A DNA stretch of 64,000 nt from positions 7,871 through 71,870 of the forward strand of contig JBNJGK010000001.1 in NCBI GenBank assembly GCA_051747665.1, read 5' to 3'. Position 1 is the stretch's first letter; every line of letters begins with the position of its first letter. This DNA comes from Bacteroidota bacterium (GTDB lineage Bacteria; Bacteroidota; Bacteroidia; Bacteroidales; JAIPAH01). Below are positions 38,382-47,402 of the stretch, in pieces. The notes beneath the pieces were generated by a model, which saw nothing but the letters and a program-made list of their open reading frames with translations, did not search any database and was not told where the DNA came from. The translations under genes were made by a program, and so were the position numbers.

Positions 38382-38996
38382 TTAAAAAAGTCCGTGAATT
38401 TCAGCGTTTATTTTTTCTATGATTGTGCCTAAATCTTCACGGTTGTTTTTAAAATCAATATGGTCTGCATCAATAATGAGCAAGTTGCCGATATTGTAGT
38501 TGGCAATCCAGGTTTCGTAACGCTCATTAAGCTTTTTCAGGTAATCAATACGGATTGAGTTTTCATATTCACGTCCGCGCTCCTGAATTTTGCTGACAAG
38601 TGTGGAAACTGAACTGCGAAGGTAAATTAGTAAATCGGGTGGCTCTATCAGGCTGCTCATTAGTTCAAACAACGATTTGTAGTTGTCAAAATCACGGGTA
38701 GTCATTAAGCTCATCTCGTGGAGGTTAGGGGCGAAGATATGAGCATCTTCATAAATAGTGCGATCTTGAATTACATCTTTGCCGCTGTTTTTGATTTGTA
38801 AAACCTGCCTGAATCGGCTGTTCAGGAAATAGACCTGCAGGTTGAAAGACCATCGCTGCATGTCTTCATAAAAACTTTCGAGGTATGGGTTTTTGTCAAT
38901 GTCTTCATAACGGGCTTCCCAACCGTAATATTTAGCCAGCAGGCTTGTGAGCGTGGTTTTTCCAGCGCCAATGTTTCCGGCAACACCTATATGCAT
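38382..38996 (-). CDS. Deoxynucleoside kinase
   Basis: P-loop GNIGAGKTT at the N-terminus and dNK-family ERS/DR motifs (...QDRTIYED...). Length is 204 aa. Confidence 0.85.
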   Translation of the reverse strand: MHIGVAGNIGAGKTTLTSLLAKYYGWEARYEDIDKNPYLESFYEDMQRWSFNLQVYFLNSRFRQVLQIKNSGKDVIQDRTIYEDAHIFAPNLHEMSLMTTRDFDNYKSLFELMSSLIEPPDLLIYLRSSVSTLVSKIQERGREYENSIRIDYLKKLNERYETWIANYNIGNLLIIDADHIDFKNNREDLGTIIEKINAEIHGLF

Positions 38997-39080
38997 GATT
39001 TTTTATTATTGATGAACAGGCAAAAGTACGATCAAATATGCATAATTTAAAGCTACCTGTTTGCAAATTCATGTACAATA

Positions 39081-40604
39081 TTAGCCTCCAGATTTTTGCA
39101 TCTTCAGGATTGCGTCTACATAGTATCGTGTATTGTAGAGACGGGGTACTTTGTTTTGGCCACCCAGTTTGCCTTTTTCTCTGAGCCAATTATAAAACGT
39201 GTTTTTGGGCATACTTCTTACCAAAGGTTCCCTGAGCACCATGTCGTTATATCTTTTGGCCTCATAATCTGAATTGGCATTCTTTAAAGCGGAATCAAAA
39301 GTTTGAGTAAAGAAGTCTAAATCAGTTGGCGCTGTTTCAAACTCAATGAGCCATTCATGACCTGCATTCTGGTTGTTGCCAAAATAAATTGGCGCAGCAG
39401 TGTAATCATTAATGCTTGCTCCGGTTTTTTGGCAGGCTATAGCAAGCGCCTTCTCAGCATTATCAACAATCAGCTCTTCACCTACAGCATTAATAAAGCT
39501 CTTAGTTCGCCCGGTGATTTTTATACGGTATGGCCACAAAGATGTAAACGTAACCGTATCTCCTATCATATAGCGCCACAGGCCTCCATTTGTAGTAATA
39601 ACCATCGCATAGTTCTTGCCTTTTTCTACTTCTTCAAGCGTTATGGTTTTCGGGTCTTTTTTGTGGAGCTCTTCCATAGGCAGGAACTCATAATAAATGC
39701 CATAATCAAGCATCAGAAGCATTTCGTTAGAGTCTGGTTGGTCCTGAATAGCAAAAAAACCTTCAGAGGCATTATAGGTTTCCATGTAATTGATACTTCC
39801 CTCAGGAATATATTTTTTATATTGCGTAATGTAGGGTTCAAAACTAACGCCACCATGGAAAAAGACTTCCAGATTGGGCCATACCTCTTTTAAGTTCGTT
39901 GTTCCTTTTAGCTCTAATATTCTTTTGATTAATACTAAAGTCCAGGATGGCACACCGGATATGCTGGTAACATTATGCTCCATGGTTTCGTGTGCCATTT
40001 TTTCTATTTTGCTTTCCCACTCATCCATCAGCGCGATGCTTCGGTTTGGCGTTTTCTTCAACTGAACCCAAAAAGGCATATTCTGAATCAAAATAGCAGA
40101 TAAGTCACCGTCGTAATAAGAGGAGTTATTGACTTCTGTAATGTTCTGACTCCCACCCATCACAAGGCCTTTTCCGTCAAAAATGGTTGCATCGGGGTGG
40201 TTGTGGTAGTATATCGAGAGCAGGTCTTTTCCGGCTTTGTAGTGGCAATCTTCAAGCGCTTCATCGCTGATAGGAATAAACTTGCTTTTATCGCTGGTTG
40301 TACCTGACGACTTGGCGAAAAACCGAATCTCTGAACCCCATAAAATGTTTTGTTCTCCATTTCGTGTTCTTTCTATATCGTTCTTTAAGTCTTCATAATC
40401 GCTTAATGGAACCTGTCGTCTGAAATCATCAGCGTCATTCATGCCGGCAAAATTATATTTCCGGCCCCATTCGGTATTTTCTGAACTGCTGAGAAGCTGT
40501 TTTAACCATTCGTTTTGCACCTCGTGAGGAAATTTCCTGAAAAGGTCTATCTGATGAATGCGTTTTTTAATAAACCATGATATAAATGAATTTACAAATG
40601 CCAT
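39081..40604 (-). CDS. GH3 (auxin-responsive promoter) family acyl-adenylate-forming enzyme homologue
   Basis: ~507 aa with the bacterial GH3 N-terminus (FVNSFISWFIKKRIHQIDLF...PHEVQ) and an adenylation-type SSGTTS motif. Start moved from 40709 to 40604, supported by a -7 box at 40631..40638. Confidence 0.8.
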   Translation of the reverse strand: MAFVNSFISWFIKKRIHQIDLFRKFPHEVQNEWLKQLLSSSENTEWGRKYNFAGMNDADDFRRQVPLSDYEDLKNDIERTRNGEQNILWGSEIRFFAKSSGTTSDKSKFIPISDEALEDCHYKAGKDLLSIYYHNHPDATIFDGKGLVMGGSQNITEVNNSSYYDGDLSAILIQNMPFWVQLKKTPNRSIALMDEWESKIEKMAHETMEHNVTSISGVPSWTLVLIKRILELKGTTNLKEVWPNLEVFFHGGVSFEPYITQYKKYIPEGSINYMETYNASEGFFAIQDQPDSNEMLLMLDYGIYYEFLPMEELHKKDPKTITLEEVEKGKNYAMVITTNGGLWRYMIGDTVTFTSLWPYRIKITGRTKSFINAVGEELIVDNAEKALAIACQKTGASINDYTAAPIYFGNNQNAGHEWLIEFETAPTDLDFFTQTFDSALKNANSDYEAKRYNDMVLREPLVRSMPKNTFYNWLREKGKLGGQNKVPRLYNTRYYVDAILKMQKSGG

Positions 40605-40630
40605 ATGTTTTGTTGTGATTAATGAAGCTC

Positions 40631-40638
40631 CAAAATTA
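40631..40638 (-). promoter_or_regulatory. Bacteroidetes-type -7 promoter box (TAATTTTG on the minus strand)
   Basis: Exact TAnnTTTG match 26 nt upstream of the Met at 40604. It lies inside the ORF-track N-terminal extension, which argues against that extension. Confidence 0.4.
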
Positions 40639-40711
40639 TAACAATCTTTTAAAAACAGACGTTGAAATAGAAATACCGTAGTGTTTTTAGCTACTATATT
40701 TTTTTGCATGC

Positions 40712-40719
40712 TATATTTG
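40712..40719 (+). promoter_or_regulatory. Bacteroidetes-type -7 promoter box (TATATTTG)
   Basis: Exact TAnnTTTG match 17 nt upstream of the ispE ATG at 40737. Confidence 0.4.
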
Positions 40720-40736
40720 TGTTCTAAAATGATAAT

Positions 40737-41543
40737 ATGTTAGCTTTTCCCGGAACTAAAATAAACCTCGGGCTTTCGGTAAAACGAAAGCGCAATGATG
40801 GTTTTCATGAACTGGAAACGGTTTTTTATCCGCTTCGGTTTTCTGATGTGCTTGAAGCCGTGCCCTCAGATGTTTTTAGCTTTCAGACCTCAGGGATTCA
40901 GGTGCCCGGAGACTGGCATAATAACCTGGTTGTAAAAGCGTATGAAAAAATACGCTCACAATATAAAACCGGATGCGTTAAAATTCACCTTCATAAGTTA
41001 GTGCCACCGGGTACAGGCCTGGGCGGAGGTTCTGCTGATGCTGCTGCTATGCTGCTGCTGATGAATGAAATTGCCGGACTGAATCTTGAGCGTAAGAATC
41101 TGGAAGCAATAGCCTCAGAGCTGGGTTCTGATTGTCCTTTTTTTATACACCCTAAACCATCAATAGCTACAGGCCGCGGAGACAACCTAACGCCTTTATC
41201 GGTATCTTTGAAAGGATATTTTCTTGTTTTGGTTTTGCCAGACATTTCTATAAGCACGGTTGAAGCTTACAAATACGTTCATCCTAAAGAGCCTCTGCAT
41301 ACCCCTTCAGAAATAATCCAGAAACCCATAGAGACATGGAAAGGTAAGTTGGTAAATGATTTTGAAGAGCTTCCGGTTGTGCCTGAAGAAATTCGTGAAA
41401 TTAAAGCACAGCTTTACGAAAAAGGGGCTTTATATGCATCACTAAGTGGCAGCGGCTCTGCTGTCTTCGGGATTTTTAATCAAAAGCAGAATGTGGACGA
41501 TATCAGGAAAAAATATCCTGTTCATGTACAAATGCTTGAATAA
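40737..41543 (+). CDS. ispE: 4-diphosphocytidyl-2-C-methyl-D-erythritol kinase
   Basis: GHMP-kinase motifs KINLGL and PPGTGLGGGSADAAA. Confidence 0.9.
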   Translation: MLAFPGTKINLGLSVKRKRNDGFHELETVFYPLRFSDVLEAVPSDVFSFQTSGIQVPGDWHNNLVVKAYEKIRSQYKTGCVKIHLHKLVPPGTGLGGGSADAAAMLLLMNEIAGLNLERKNLEAIASELGSDCPFFIHPKPSIATGRGDNLTPLSVSLKGYFLVLVLPDISISTVEAYKYVHPKEPLHTPSEIIQKPIETWKGKLVNDFEELPVVPEEIREIKAQLYEKGALYASLSGSGSAVFGIFNQKQNVDDIRKKYPVHVQMLE

Positions 41544-41757
41544 GATGATGATATAAATCTACTTAGCGTCTGTCTATAAAATTGTCAAAATTCCATCCCG
41601 AAGTCTCGGGACCAAATCCCAAATAATCTATAATTTTCAAATCAACAATATAATATATTGCTTTGAATTTCTAATATTGGATTTTGATATTTATTTGTAA
41701 TTTGAAATTTATCATGTGGTGCTTTAGTTGCAAGAATTTTTAAGTCATAGACGAACT

Positions 41758-42837
41758 CTACTTAGGCGCGTTTCTAATCAGAATAAAACTGATCAGTCCA
41801 TAGATAAAATTGGGTATCCACACGGCAACAATTGGTTCAAGGTTGCCATTGGCACTGAATACCGTACTGATTTGCATAAATAAGATATAAGAGAATGTAA
41901 GCGTAAGCCCAATTCCCAGGTGGACGCCGATACCTCCCCGTACTTTTCTGCTCGATATGGCAACACCGATCAGCGTAAGTATGATGTTGGCAAAAGGAAA
42001 AGCGATGCGTCCGTGCTTTTCAATTTCATATTCCAGAACGTTGCTGGAGCCTTTAAGTTTTTCCTTTTCTATAAAGTTCCTGAGTTCCCACCAGTTCATG
42101 GTTTTCAGATCGTCGAGGTTAATCACAAAGTCTTCAGGCGTTAATGCAATTGTTGTGTCAGTTTTGTTGCCTTTTGTGATGACCTCATTTTTACCGTCAA
42201 TAGTGCGCATTGTCCAATTGTTAAGCGTCCAGGATTCTGAGGCGGAATCCCATTGTGCATAATCTGCTTTGAGTTTCGATACCAGTTCGCCATCTTCAAA
42301 TTTTTCTAAAGTAAAGCGTCGTCCTAAATCGCGGCTGGCGTTGTAAGTTTCTACATAGGCATGTGTGCCGGGCGCGATTTGCATATGAATATCTCTGTTT
42401 TTCACCTCTTTGCCGCTTGTTTTAAGATAGGTCCACTGAAAATCCATCATGATCTCATTGGTTTCGGGGATCACAAAATTACCCAGGGTAAAGGAGACAA
42501 GCCCTATAAAGGATGATGATATCAAAAATGGGCGCAACATCCTCCTAAAACTAATACCGCTGCTGAGTATGGCAATGATTTCAGTGTTGAATGCCATTTT
42601 GGATGTGAAAAAGATGACCGTTATGAAAGTAAACAGGGCGCTGAAAAGGTTAATAAAATAAGGAAGAAAATTGAGGTAATAGTTAAAAATGATTGCATCT
42701 AAAGGGGCATTGTTCTCAACAAACTCATCAATTTTTTCAGAGATATCAAAAATAATAATGATAATCGCCAACATAGTGATGGCGTAGACAAACGTTCCGA
42801 GAAACTTTTTTATGATGTAAATGTCTATTTTCTTCAT
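41758..42837 (-). CDS. LptF/LptG (YjgP/YjgQ) family LPS export permease
   Basis: 359 aa with the topology 3 TM + ~170-aa periplasmic beta-jellyroll + 3 TM. The N-terminus MKKIDIYIIKKFLGTF is typical. Confidence 0.85.
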   Translation of the reverse strand: MKKIDIYIIKKFLGTFVYAITMLAIIIIIFDISEKIDEFVENNAPLDAIIFNYYLNFLPYFINLFSALFTFITVIFFTSKMAFNTEIIAILSSGISFRRMLRPFLISSSFIGLVSFTLGNFVIPETNEIMMDFQWTYLKTSGKEVKNRDIHMQIAPGTHAYVETYNASRDLGRRFTLEKFEDGELVSKLKADYAQWDSASESWTLNNWTMRTIDGKNEVITKGNKTDTTIALTPEDFVINLDDLKTMNWWELRNFIEKEKLKGSSNVLEYEIEKHGRIAFPFANIILTLIGVAISSRKVRGGIGVHLGIGLTLTFSYILFMQISTVFSANGNLEPIVAVWIPNFIYGLISFILIRNAPK

Positions 42838-42849
42838 TCCGGACTCCGG

Positions 42850-43980
42850 TTACAGCCTTCTTTTAAGTTTCGGTATCATTTTATTTTTCCATGATGCAAA
42901 GTTATCTGTTAATATTTGTTTTCGGGCTTCCTCTACCAGCCAAAGATAAAACGCAATATTATGTAAGCTGCTTATCATACCACCCAGATATTCTTTTGCT
43001 ACAAATAAATGCCTTAAGTAGGCCCTTGAATATTGATGGTCTACAAACGAAGTGCCATTTGGATCAACCGGCGTAAAATCCTTTTCCCATTTCTTGTTTT
43101 TGATATTAATGATCCCCTCGGCTGTAAACAGCATACCGTTGCGCCCGTTTCGTGTAGGCATTACACAGTCGAACTGGTCAATACCCACCGCGATGCCCTC
43201 AAGGATATTCTCCGGTGTGCCAACGCCCATAAGATAACGTGGTTTATCCTGTGGGAGTATATCGCAAACCAGCTCACTGATTTCATACATCATTTCATGA
43301 GGTTCACCTACAGCAAGTCCGCCAATGGCATTTCCACCGGCATTTTTTTTCGCTACGTATTCTGCTGATGCTTTTCTTAAATCATGATACGTGCTGCCCT
43401 GAACAATGGGGTAGAGGGTTTGATTATGGCCGTAAAGCGGTTCGGTGTCCCGGAATTGCGTTATGCAACGGTCAAGCCACCTATGGGTGAGGTCCATAGA
43501 TTTTTTAGCATATTCATAATCACAAGGATAAGGTGTGCACTCATCAAATGCCATCATGATATCTGCCCCGATGATGCGTTGTGTCTCAATCACGTTTTCA
43601 GGTGTAAACTGGTGGTAAGAACCGTCGATGTGCGATTGAAACCTGACGCCCTGTTCAGACATCTTGCGGCGCTGCGACAAAGAATAGACCTGGTATCCGC
43701 CGCTGTCTGTCAATATTGGGCGGTCCCATCCCATAAAACGGTGAAGGCCGCCGGCTTCTCTTAGAATTTCCAGCCCGGGCCGTAAAAAGAGGTGATAGGT
43801 ATTACCCAGAATAATTTGCGCACGGGCATCCCCACTTACATCGCGGGTGTGGATGGCTTTTACCGTACCTGCCGTGCCCACAGGCATAAATATGGGTGTT
43901 TCTATCGTGCCGTTATCGGTTGTGATAATGCCCGCACGGGCTTTTGAATGTTCGTCTGTTTTAACGTGTTGAAACTTCAT
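42850..43980 (-). CDS. tgt: tRNA-guanine transglycosylase (queuine tRNA-ribosyltransferase)
   Basis: ARAG.ITT..G.IETPIFMPVGT at the N-terminus, DSGGYQ, and a zinc-site region near the C-terminus. Confidence 0.95.
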   Translation of the reverse strand: MKFQHVKTDEHSKARAGIITTDNGTIETPIFMPVGTAGTVKAIHTRDVSGDARAQIILGNTYHLFLRPGLEILREAGGLHRFMGWDRPILTDSGGYQVYSLSQRRKMSEQGVRFQSHIDGSYHQFTPENVIETQRIIGADIMMAFDECTPYPCDYEYAKKSMDLTHRWLDRCITQFRDTEPLYGHNQTLYPIVQGSTYHDLRKASAEYVAKKNAGGNAIGGLAVGEPHEMMYEISELVCDILPQDKPRYLMGVGTPENILEGIAVGIDQFDCVMPTRNGRNGMLFTAEGIINIKNKKWEKDFTPVDPNGTSFVDHQYSRAYLRHLFVAKEYLGGMISSLHNIAFYLWLVEEARKQILTDNFASWKNKMIPKLKRRL

Positions 43981-44026
43981 ATATTTAAAAAGTGGTCAAA
44001 GATACGGTTTATTCATTTTCTTTGGA

Positions 44027-44034
44027 TAATTTTG
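44027..44034 (+). promoter_or_regulatory. Bacteroidetes-type -7 promoter box (TAATTTTG)
   Basis: Exact TAnnTTTG match 17 nt upstream of the ATG at 44052. It lies inside the GTG-initiated ORF-track extension. Confidence 0.45.
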
Positions 44035-44051
44035 CTTCAGATTTGAAAAAT

Positions 44052-45185
44052 ATGGAGCCTCTCATCGTAACGTTGATCTTTGGTTTTTTTGCACTGGCAT
44101 GGTTGGTGCAGATGTTTTATTATGGTTACATCTTTAGCCGGATGGCTTTTGCAAAACCAAACGTATCTGAGAACAAAAACCCGAATCCGGTTTCTGTGGT
44201 TGTTTGTGCCCGCAATGAAGCACAAAACCTGAGGAAATTCTTACCCCGAATTCTTGAGCAGGATTATCCTGATTTTGAGGTGCTGGTGGTTGATGATTTT
44301 TCATCAGATGATACAGGCAAAGTGCTGAAAGCGTTTCAGGAAGAATATTCGCATCTGAGGATATTTACCTTATCGCAGCATCTGAATTTTTTTAAGGGGA
44401 AAAAGTTCCCGCTGTCATTGGGAATTAAATCGGCTGAACATAATCGATTGTTGCTGACCGATGCGGATTGTTATCCGAAAAGCAACAAATGGATAAGCGA
44501 GATGATGAAGCATTATGATGAAAATGCAGAAACTGAAATGGTTTTGGGTTATGGCGCTTATGAAAAGCGGAAAGGATTGCTTAATGCCCTGGTTCGTTAT
44601 GAAACACTGAAAACAGCGCTGCAGTATTTTTCATATGCCATGGCAGGATATCCATATATGGGAACGGGTCGTAATTTATCATACACAAAACAGCTTTTTT
44701 TCAGGGTTGGCGGATTCGTCTCTCATTACAATATCCCTTCCGGGGATGATGACTTGTTTGTGAATAAAGCGGCCGTAGAAACAAACGTGGCGCTGGCCTA
44801 TACAAAAGAAAGCCACACGATATCACAGCCGAAATCAACATTCGCTGCCTGGTTCAGGCAAAAAAGCAGGCACATTACAACCGGCAAATACTACAAAAAA
44901 TCACATAAAATCTGGTTGGGAGTGGATAAAATTTCCAAAACCGCATTTTATGTGTTGTTTGTTTTGCTGATGGTTTTTCCTCCTGCAGAACCCTTGAACT
45001 GGTTTGTACTTGGGGCTTTTGCCCTGATGATGTTCGTGCAGGTTTTTATCACACAAAAGGTGGCTTATAAACTTGATGAAAAGAATGTTGGGTGGTGGGC
45101 ACCGCTACTTGAATTATTTTTTGTAATTTTTGAGCCTTTTTGGATGTTAACGAGCATAATGAGTAAAAAGAATCAATGGAAGTAA
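44052..45185 (+). CDS. Membrane-bound family-2 glycosyltransferase
   Basis: N-terminal TM segment, a GT-A core (VSVVVCARNE...DFEVLVVDDFSSDDT...LTDADC) and C-terminal TM helices. Start moved to MEPLIVTL. Confidence 0.8.
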   Translation: MEPLIVTLIFGFFALAWLVQMFYYGYIFSRMAFAKPNVSENKNPNPVSVVVCARNEAQNLRKFLPRILEQDYPDFEVLVVDDFSSDDTGKVLKAFQEEYSHLRIFTLSQHLNFFKGKKFPLSLGIKSAEHNRLLLTDADCYPKSNKWISEMMKHYDENAETEMVLGYGAYEKRKGLLNALVRYETLKTALQYFSYAMAGYPYMGTGRNLSYTKQLFFRVGGFVSHYNIPSGDDDLFVNKAAVETNVALAYTKESHTISQPKSTFAAWFRQKSRHITTGKYYKKSHKIWLGVDKISKTAFYVLFVLLMVFPPAEPLNWFVLGAFALMMFVQVFITQKVAYKLDEKNVGWWAPLLELFFVIFEPFWMLTSIMSKKNQWK

Positions 45186-45766
45186 ATCCGAATCTTACGG
45201 AAAATGCAAAAAAGGATTACCATCTGGTGATCAGGGCAGTTGAGAAAAACGATCAACATGCTTATGCGGATTTGATGAACCGGTACCGGGAACCGGTTTA
45301 TTTCATGATTCTGAAAATGACCAACAGTCCGGCAGATGCCGAAGATTTAACTATCGAAGCTTTCGGCAAAGCCTTTAAAAACCTGCCTTATTACTCTTCT
45401 CAATATGCTTTCAGTACCTGGCTTTTTCGCATCGCTTCAAACAATTGCATTGATTATCTGCGAAAAAAGCAACGTTCGGCCGTTTTTATTGATGAGGATG
45501 CAGAAGGAAATATTGAATACCTTGAGCGTTCATTAGCCGAAGACAATCCCAGCCCTGAAGATTACATCATAAAAAAGGAGCGTTTGCAGAAAATACAGGT
45601 TGTGATAGAAAAACTTAAACCACACTATCGTAAGCTGGTGCATCTGCGATATTTTAAAGAATATTCCTATGAAGAAATTGCAGAGCAACTGCAAATCCCG
45701 ATAGGTACGGTCAAAGCCAAACTATTCAGGGCCCGTGAGTTTTTGCAGAACCTGATGGAGGAGTAG
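45176..45766 (+). CDS. Sigma-70 family (ECF-like) RNA polymerase sigma factor
   Basis: Region 2 (...AEDLTIEAFGKAF...FSTWLFRIASNNCIDYLRKK) and region 4 (YSYEEIAEQLQIPIGTVKAKLFRARE). The start overlaps the GT2 stop by 10 nt. Confidence 0.85.
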   Translation: MEVNPNLTENAKKDYHLVIRAVEKNDQHAYADLMNRYREPVYFMILKMTNSPADAEDLTIEAFGKAFKNLPYYSSQYAFSTWLFRIASNNCIDYLRKKQRSAVFIDEDAEGNIEYLERSLAEDNPSPEDYIIKKERLQKIQVVIEKLKPHYRKLVHLRYFKEYSYEEIAEQLQIPIGTVKAKLFRAREFLQNLMEE

Positions 45767-45813
45767 CTTACAACATTTCTTTTTGTATTTTCATGCTTAA
45801 TTTGCAGCTCTTT

Positions 45814-46728
45814 TCAGGAGTCTGTGATGTTTTGTTCGTAGCGGTTTAAAGCCAGCTTGGCTTGTTGCCTTCCATAATCAATGAGCTCCTGTGCTCTGTA
45901 AAAACCAAACGTATCACTGGAATAGCGTGAGATATTCACTACTACCTCAGGTCTGTGTTGTTTGATATATAAGTCTGTTACTTTTTCCTGTAAAACCCAC
46001 AGGCTACTGGTAATCAAATCAAAAAAACCAAGTTGCTTCGGTTTCTTTTCTTCTTTATGGTTGAAAAACCCGGGCCATTTTTCATTAATGAAATCTCTGA
46101 TTTTATTGTATTTATGCTTTTCTTCTTCTTTCAATTGTGCAGATTTCCCAGGGTTTTCATAGGGCCCCGGATGGTTGAGGTTTACACCCACAATGATGTC
46201 TCCTTCATGTCTTTTAACACGGTCAACCGGAAAAGGATTGATTATTCCACCGTCTACAATTTCTATGTCATCTCTCTGATAAGGGGCCATCACTGTAGGT
46301 ATAGCTATAGAAGCTCTTATAGCTTCGTAAAGGCTTCCTTGCTCAAAAACCACTTCACGGTGATTTGTAATATCTGTTCCGAGTATTGTAATCGGTATGC
46401 TGAGGTCTTCAATGTTGTAGTCAGGAAAAATTTCTTTCATGGCTGTAAGCACTTTTTCGCCGCGGATAAATCCCCGGGTACTTACCATGAAATCCATAAG
46501 TTTAATAATGTCAATACGCTCAAAGCTGCTAATCCACTTTTTGTAGGCTTCAAGACCGCCTGAAGCATATGCGCCGCCAACTACCGAGCCGATGGAACTG
46601 CCTGAAACAGATGTAATCTGGTATCCCCGGCTTAACAATTCCTCTATGACTCCGATGTGTGCCATTCCTCTGGCACCACCACTTGAGAGCACTAAAGCAA
46701 CTTTTTTACTTTTCATAATTCGCTGCAA
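45814..46728 (-). CDS. Patatin-like phospholipase
   Basis: Oxyanion GGARG, nucleophile elbow GSSIG (GxSxG) and catalytic DGG. The alternative start Met5 is at 46716. Confidence 0.85.
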   Translation of the reverse strand: MQRIMKSKKVALVLSSGGARGMAHIGVIEELLSRGYQITSVSGSSIGSVVGGAYASGGLEAYKKWISSFERIDIIKLMDFMVSTRGFIRGEKVLTAMKEIFPDYNIEDLSIPITILGTDITNHREVVFEQGSLYEAIRASIAIPTVMAPYQRDDIEIVDGGIINPFPVDRVKRHEGDIIVGVNLNHPGPYENPGKSAQLKEEEKHKYNKIRDFINEKWPGFFNHKEEKKPKQLGFFDLITSSLWVLQEKVTDLYIKQHRPEVVVNISRYSSDTFGFYRAQELIDYGRQQAKLALNRYEQNITDS

Positions 46729-47401
46729 ATTTTAGAAGTTCTTGTAATGTCGTTTCTTTGATTCTATCTACATATTGGTTTTCATCAAAACAAACGGATA
46801 AAAAATAGCCATTGTCTATCATTTTATGAAATAACCTGATATTTTTTTGAATGCCGTCAGAATCATAGACTTCAAAAATATTGGATTGCTTGCTTTCCTT
46901 TACGGTGAATGTGTTGAGCGCCTCAGTAAGCCCACTGCCACTGTATTTCAGATATGCTTCCTTAAGGCTCCATAATCTTGTAAAATCGTTATCTGGATTG
47001 CCGGAACCGCGTAGAAGATCGATTTCTGCATCTGAAAAGAAACGACGTGCTACCCGCATTTTATTATGGCGTAATTTCTCAATGTCAACTCCTATATTAT
47101 TTTTTGACAAAGCTAAGGCTACATAATTACCGGAATGGGAGATATTAAACTCTATCTGATGATGAGCAAGATAAGGTTTTCCGTGTTTTGAGCTCAAAAA
47201 TGGCGTATCCGGATAAAATCCGGTATGTTTTTTAATGGCAACACGGCTGAGAATTTCACCGGCCAGGTGCCGCAACTGGTCTGCCGGGTTTTTGTACTGC
47301 GAAGTTTTCTCAATTACTTCATCCGGAAGCATAGGTTTAAAAGCCCGTAAAAGCGTGTTTAAGTCAGTATGATGAATTTTGAGTAAATCAACTTGTATCA
47401 T
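46706..47401 (-). CDS. Sfp-type 4'-phosphopantetheinyl transferase
   Basis: GVDIE and WSLKEAYLK motifs. Start moved to MIQVDLL, 1 nt after the dipeptidase stop. Confidence 0.8.
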   Translation of the reverse strand: MIQVDLLKIHHTDLNTLLRAFKPMLPDEVIEKTSQYKNPADQLRHLAGEILSRVAIKKHTGFYPDTPFLSSKHGKPYLAHHQIEFNISHSGNYVALALSKNNIGVDIEKLRHNKMRVARRFFSDAEIDLLRGSGNPDNDFTRLWSLKEAYLKYSGSGLTEALNTFTVKESKQSNIFEVYDSDGIQKNIRLFHKMIDNGYFLSVCFDENQYVDRIKETTLQELLKFAANYEK

Positions 47402-47402
47402 C

